A stretch of DNA of 64,000 bases from Eledone cirrhosa (Eukaryota): positions 62,001 through 126,000 of the forward strand of contig OZ024757.1 in assembly GCA_964016885.1 (NCBI GenBank), given 5' to 3'. Numbering within the stretch: position 1 is the first letter of the stretch; each line of letters begins with the position of its first letter. The notes under the pieces are model-generated. The model saw nothing but the letters and a program-made list of their open reading frames with translations, searched no databases and was not told the DNA's origin. Position numbers and translations under genes: made by a program. Below are positions 57,464 to 64,000 of the stretch, in pieces.

Positions 57464-58246
57464 GAGGAGGAGGTTATTTTAACATGTTAAAACATATTTT
57501 TCAGCTCTTGTCTTATACGGAGAAGTGTGTGTGTCTGTCTGTATGTTAGTGTTCGAGTGTGTGTGTGTATGGACCAGTATTTTTGTGGTACTGGTAAAAA
57601 TGGCGTACATTATATTCGATAATTTCAGTCATTTGCAAAAACGATTCTCTCAAAAGAACATCAATAACATCAATAATAAAAGAGGTGAAATGATGTATAG
57701 TATTGTCATAACAACAAGGCGTGTGTGAGTCCAGATTGTACGTACTGCAAGGGGAATCCATTAGGCCCTACCGTATGGGATACTTGTGTACAAATATGTA
57801 TGCACCCATCATTGTGCAATACATGTGTGTGTATGCGTATGTGTGCGTGTCGGCACGTGTGTATCTATAAACATCAAAAGGTATGCGAATTTGTGTATAT
57901 TTGTGTTGCACCATAGAACATGTGTGTTTACGTATGTCATTGTGTTTATATGTGGATAGAAATGTATGTAGGATGTATGCTGATGTAGGTATGTATGTCA
58001 ACGTGTGTATGTTGTGTGTTCGTCTTAGGAAGAAGTGTTTAGACGGGGTCCGTATTTGTTAATAAAGTGAGATTCTTTATATATATATATCAATGATATT
58101 AATAAATGGAAGCTATATTTATATAGCCATATTTATTCTATTATATATATTTCAAGAATCAGACCTTAACGGTTCAAGTTCCAGACGGAACTTGAACCGT
58201 TGAAGTCTCATTCCTGGGTATGTCAGTATTTATAAAACAAACTTTG

Positions 58247-58307
58247 TATTTTATCTGATGAGAGCGTACCAAAGTTTTGGTACTCTTGAAATATATATAA
58301 TAGAATA
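58247..58307 (+). ncRNA. Minimal type I hammerhead ribozyme motif, copy B
   Basis: Same sequence as copy A, with CTGATGA at 58255. Confidence 0.75.
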
Positions 58308-59541
58308 AATATGGTTTTATAAATAGTTTCCATTTATTATCATCATTGATATTATACTCCAGAAAACCAGTCGAGTGCTCTGAATCTGTTATAAATATAT
58401 CTGTTGAATTACCAACAAATTAAATATCACTTTGCTTATATATATATGTATATATAAACATGCATATATATATATGTATATATAAATATATATATATATA
58501 TGTAAATATAAATATATATATATATATGTAAATTATTAAAAAAATAATGAATAAACAAAGAAACAGTTCCTTATATTAAACAAAAAAAGTTCATTATTTT
58601 ACGATCGTTTCTAGGATATATATGTGTTAGAATTGGTATGCATATTCTATAGATCTATGTACAGTATTTATACAAACTATCAGAGGGAATATACATACCT
58701 TCACATATATATGCTGTCTTCAGAAATAATTGTTTCTACATTTGGCACAAGGCCAGCAATTACCCAGTGTATTACTGGTACTTTATTTTATCGACCCCGA
58801 AAGGATGAATCAGAAATAATGATACTTGTTTATTGATAAGAACAAAGATTCAATACAATAGGTCTGTTTGGGAACAGGTTTTGAATTGACCAATCAGGAG
58901 ATAGTGAGGGTCAAGATAGATAGCATTAGGAGAACCTTAAATTATGGGTAGGGGAAGTAGATTTCAGTTTTGGAAGGAAAAGAGTATTATGAATGAAGGA
59001 TTATTTTAGGGAAGAAGTAGGTCATATGTTGACCTCAGAAATAATTTTAATTGTTCATTGAATAAAACCAACAAAGATCCATTATAATAATGGATTACTT
59101 TAGGGAAGAAGTAGGTCATATGTTGACCTCAGATATAAATTTATTTGTTCATTGACTAAAACCAACAAAGATCAAATATATTCTGTCTGTTAATATTTGG
59201 CCAAATGGTAAAATAGTAGTAATTGAAACTTATTTTAGGGGTGAAATTAGGTCAGGTGGTCAGTAGAAGGTATACAAGCAGTTGCTGTTATAAAATAGTG
59301 ATGCCAATACAAATATCTAGGGTGACCAGAGTTTTAAGATAAGGATGTTAGTGAAAAAAATACATCTATGAAAAGGATATAAAATTAATTTACTTGATGG
59401 GTACATATATATATATATATTTTTTGATAAAATTATACTAATACATATAGATGTGATAAATAAGAGTTAGATGCAGTTTAAAAGTGCTGTTAAGGATGAG
59501 GGGAGATTAAAAGAATATAAAAATATAAAAATGATATATAT

Positions 59542-62500
59542 GACAGTAGCTACTAGGGTAAGATAGTGACATTGGGGTAAATACAGTAGCTACTAGGGTG
59601 AGGTACTGACATTGGGGTGAAGACAGTAGCTACTAGGGTGAGATAGTGACATTGGGGTGAAGACAGTAGCTACTAGAGTGAGATAGTGACATTAGGGTGG
59701 AGACAGTAGATACTAGGGTGAGATAGTGACATTGGAGTGAAGACAGTAGCTACTAGGGTGAGATAGTGACATTGGGGTGGAGACAGTAGCTACTAGGGGT
59801 GAGATAGTGACATTGGGGTGAAGACAGTAGCTACTAGGGTGAGATAGTGACATTGGGGTGAAGACAGTAGCTACTTGGGTGAGATAGTGACATTGAGGTG
59901 AAGACATTAGCTACTACAGTGAGATAGTGACATTGGGGTGAAGACAATAGCTACTAGGGTGCGATAGTGACATTGGGTGAAGACAGTAGCTACTAGGGTG
60001 AGAGAGTGACATTGGTGTGAAGACATTAGCTACTTGGGTGAGATAGTGACATTGGCATGAAGACAGTAGCTACTAGGGTGAGATAGTGACATTGGGGTGA
60101 AGACAGTAGCTACTAGGGTGAGATAGTGACATTGGGGTGGAGAGAGTAGCTACTAGGGTGAGATAGTGACATTAGGGTGAAGACAGTAGCTACTAGGGTG
60201 AGATAGTGACATTAGGCTGAAGACAGTAGCTACTAGGGTGAGATAGTGACATTGGGGTGAAGACAGTAGCTACTAGCGTGAAATAGTGACATTGGGGTGG
60301 AGACAGTAGCTACTAGGATGAGATATTGACATTGGGGTGGAGACAGTAGCTACTAGGGTGAGATAGTGACATTGGGGTGGAGACAGTAGCTACTAGGGTG
60401 AGATAGTGACATCAGGGTGAAGACAGTAGCTACTAGGGTGAGATAGTGACATTGGGGTGAAGACAGTAGCTACTAGGGTGAGATAGTGACATTCGGGTGG
60501 AGACAGTTGAAACTAGGGTGAGATAGTGACATTAGGGTGAAGACAGTAGCTTCTAGGGTGAGATAGTGACATTCGGGTGAAGACAGTAGCTACTAGGGGT
60601 GAGATAGTGACATTGGGGTGAAGACAGTAGCTACTAGGGTGAGATAGTGACATTGGGGTGAAGACAGTAGCTACTTGGGTGAGATAGTGACATTAGGGTG
60701 AAGACATTAGCTACTACAGTGAGATAGTGACATTGGGGTGCAGACAGTAGCTACTAGGGTGAGATAGTGACATTAGAGTGAAGACAGTAGTTACTAGGGT
60801 GAGATAGTGACATTGGGGTGATGACAGTAGCTACTAGGGTGCGATAGTGACATTGGGGTGAAGACAGTAGTTACTAGGGTCAGCTAGTGACATTGGGGTG
60901 AAAACAGTAGCTACTAGGGTGAGATAGTGACATTGGGGTGAAGACAGTAGCTACTAGCGTGAGATAGTGACATTGGGGTGGAGACAGTAGCTACTAGGAT
61001 GAGATATTGAGATTGGGGTGGAGACAGTAGCTACTAGGGTGAGATAGTGACATTGGGGTGGAGAAAATAGTTACTAGGGTGAGATAGTGACATTAGGGTA
61101 CAGACAGTTGCTATTATCATGAGATAGTGACATTGGGGTGAAGACAATAGCTACTAGGGTGCGATAGTGACATTGGGTGAAGACAATAGCTACTAGGGTG
61201 AGATAGCGACATTGGTGTGAAGACAGTAGCTACTAGAGTGAAATAGTGACATTAGGGTGAAGACAGTAGCTACTAGGGTGAGATAGTGACATTAGGGTGA
61301 AGACAGTAGCTACTAGGGTGAGATAGTGACATTAGGGTGAAGACAGTAGCTACTAGGGTGAGATAGTGACATTCGGGTGGAGACAGTTGAAACTAGGGTG
61401 AGATAGTGACATTGGGGTGGAGACAATAGCTTCTAGGGTGAGATAGTGACATTCGGGTGAAGACAGTAGCTACTAGGGGTGAGATAGTGACATTGGGGTG
61501 AAGACAGTAGCTACTAGGGTGAGATAGTGACATTGGGGTGAAGACAGTAGCTACTTGGGTGAGATAGTGACATTAGGGTGAAGACATTAGCTACTACAGT
61601 GAGATAGTGACATTGGGGTGCAGACAGTAGCTACTAGGGTGAGATAGTGACATTAGAGTGAAGACAGTAGTTACTAGGGTGCGATAGTGACATTGGGGTG
61701 ATGACAGTAGCTACTAGGGTGCGATAGTGACATTGGGGTGAAGACAGTAGTTACTAGGGTCAGCTAGTGACATTGGGGTGAAAACAGTAGCTACTAGGGT
61801 GAGATAGTGACATTGGGGTGAAGACAGTAGCTACTAGCGTGAGATAGTGACATTGGGGTGGAGACAGTAGCTACTAGGATGAGATATTGAGATTGGGGTG
61901 GAGACAGTAGCTACTAGGGTGAGATAGTGACATTGGGGTGGAGACAATAGTTACTAGGGTGAGATAGTGACATTAGGGTACAGACAGTTGCTACTATCAT
62001 GAGATAGTGACATTGGGGTGAAGACAATAGCTACTAGGGTGCGATAGTGACATTGGGTGAAGACAATAGCTACTAGGGTGAGATAGTGACATTGGTGTGA
62101 AGACAGTAGCTACTAGAGTGAAATAGTGACATTAGGGTGAAGACAGTAGCTACTAGGGTGAGATAGTGACATTAGGGTGAAGACAGTAGCTACTAGGGTG
62201 AGATAGTGACATTGGGGTGAAGACAGTAGCTACTAGGGTGAGATAGTGACATTCGGGTGGAGACAGTTGAAACTAGGGTGAGATAGTGACATTGGGGTGG
62301 AGACAATAGCTTCTAGGGTGAGATAGTGACATTGGGGTGAAGACAGTAGCTACTAGGGGTGAGATAGTGACATTGGGGTGAAGACAGTAGCTACTAGGGT
62401 GAGATAGTGACATTGGGGTGAAGACATTAGCTACTACAGTGAGATAGTGACATTGGGGTGCAGACAGTAGCTACTAGGGTGAGATAGTGACATTGGGGTG

Positions 62501-64000
62501 CAGACAGTAGCTACTAGGGCGAGATAGTGACATTAGAGTGAAGACAGTAGTTACTAGGGTGAGATAGTGACATTGGGGTGATGACAGTAGCTACTAGGGT
62601 GCGATAGTGACATTGGGTGAAGACAATAGCTACTAGGGTGAGATAGCGACATTGGTGTGAAGACAGTAGCTACTAGAGTGAAATAGTGACATTAGGGTGA
62701 AGACAGTAGCTACTAGGGTGAGATAGTGACATCAGGGTGAAGACAGTAGCTACTAGGGTGAGATAGTGACATTGGGGTGAAGACAGTAGCTACTAGGGTG
62801 AGATAGTGACATTCGGGTGGAGACAGTTGAAACTAGGGTGAGATAGTGACATTAGGGTGAAGACAGTAGCTTCTAGGGTGAGATAGTGACATTCGGGTGA
62901 AGACAGTAGCTACTAGGGGTGAGATAGTGACATTGGGGTGAAGACAGTAGCTACTAGGGTGAGATAGTGACATTGGGGTGAAGACAGTAGCTACTTGGGT
63001 GAGATAGTGACATTAGGGTGAAGACATTAGCTACTACAGTGAGATAGTGACATTGGGGTGCAGACAGTAGCTACTAGGGTGAGATAGTGACATTAGAGTG
63101 AAGACAGTAGTTACTAGGGTGAGATAGTGACATTGGGGTGATCACAGTAGCTACTAGGGTGCGATAGTGACATTGGGGTGAAGACAGTAGTTACTAGGGT
63201 CAGCTAGTGACATTGGGGTGAAAACAGTAGCTACTAGGGTGAGATAGTGACATTGGGGTGAAGACAGTAGCTACTAGCATGAGATAGTGACATTGGGGTG
63301 GAGACAGTAGCTACTAGGATGAGATATTGAGATTGGGGTGGAGACAGTAGCTACTAGGGTGAGATAGTGACATTGGGGTGGAGACAATAGTTACTAGGGT
63401 GAGATAGTGACATTAGGGTACAGACAGTTGCTATTATCATGAGATAGTGACATTGGGGTGAAGACAATAGCTACTAGGGTGCGATAGTGACATTGGGTGA
63501 AGACAATAGCTACTAGGGTGAGATAGCGACATTGGTGTGAAGACAGTAGCTACTAGAGTGAAATAGTGACATTAGGGTGAAGACAGTAGCTACTAGGGTG
63601 AGATAGTGACATTAGGGTGAAGACAGTAGCTACTAGGGTGAGATAGTGACGTTAGGGTGAAGACAGTAGCTACTAGGGTGAGATAGTGACATTCGGGTGG
63701 AGACAGTTGAAACTAGGGTGAGATAGTGACATTGGGGTGGAGACAATAGCTTCTAGGGTGAGATAGTGACATTCGGGTGAAGACAGTAGCTACTAGGGGT
63801 GAGATAGTGACATTGGGGTGAAGACAGTAGCTACTAGGGTGAGATAGTGACATTGGGGTGAAGACAGTAGCTACTTGGGTGAGATAGTGACATTAGGGTG
63901 AAGACATTAGCCACTACAGTGAGATAGTGACATTGGGGTGCAGACAGTAGCTACTAGGGTGAGATAGTGACATTAGAGTGAAGACAGTAGTTACTAGGGT
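59542..64000 (+). repeat. 40-bp satellite array 3 (runs off the window end)
   Basis: Same monomer. It carries its own variants (agacagttgaaactag, cagacagttgctattatcat) with ~880-bp higher-order periodicity. Confidence 0.97.

Overview
Eukaryotic, AT-rich genomic DNA. The effector-less [14 protein letters not shown] zinc-finger arrays, RTE LINE tail and SINE fragments look like an octopus/coleoid cephalopod genome; this is an inference from recall, not a database hit. About 58% of the window is a 40-bp G-rich satellite in three arrays (1-25540, 38694-46305, 59542-64000). Between them lie two near-identical ~13.2-kb cassettes. Each holds a minus-strand C2H2 zinc-finger gene (31 vs 32 fingers) with a decayed finger tail, a degraded RTE LINE in a probable 5'UTR intron, SINE remnants, two fold-back elements (one containing a minimal type I hammerhead ribozyme) and a promoter-like motif cluster. 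The cassettes belong to a ~20.8-kb tandem duplication whose junction (~39393) lies inside the satellite. The middle array is therefore a chimera of the start of array 3 and the end of array 1. A 16-bp inverted repeat near the satellite/cassette borders may be a transposon TIR. A haplotype-derived false duplication in the assembly cannot be excluded from sequence alone.
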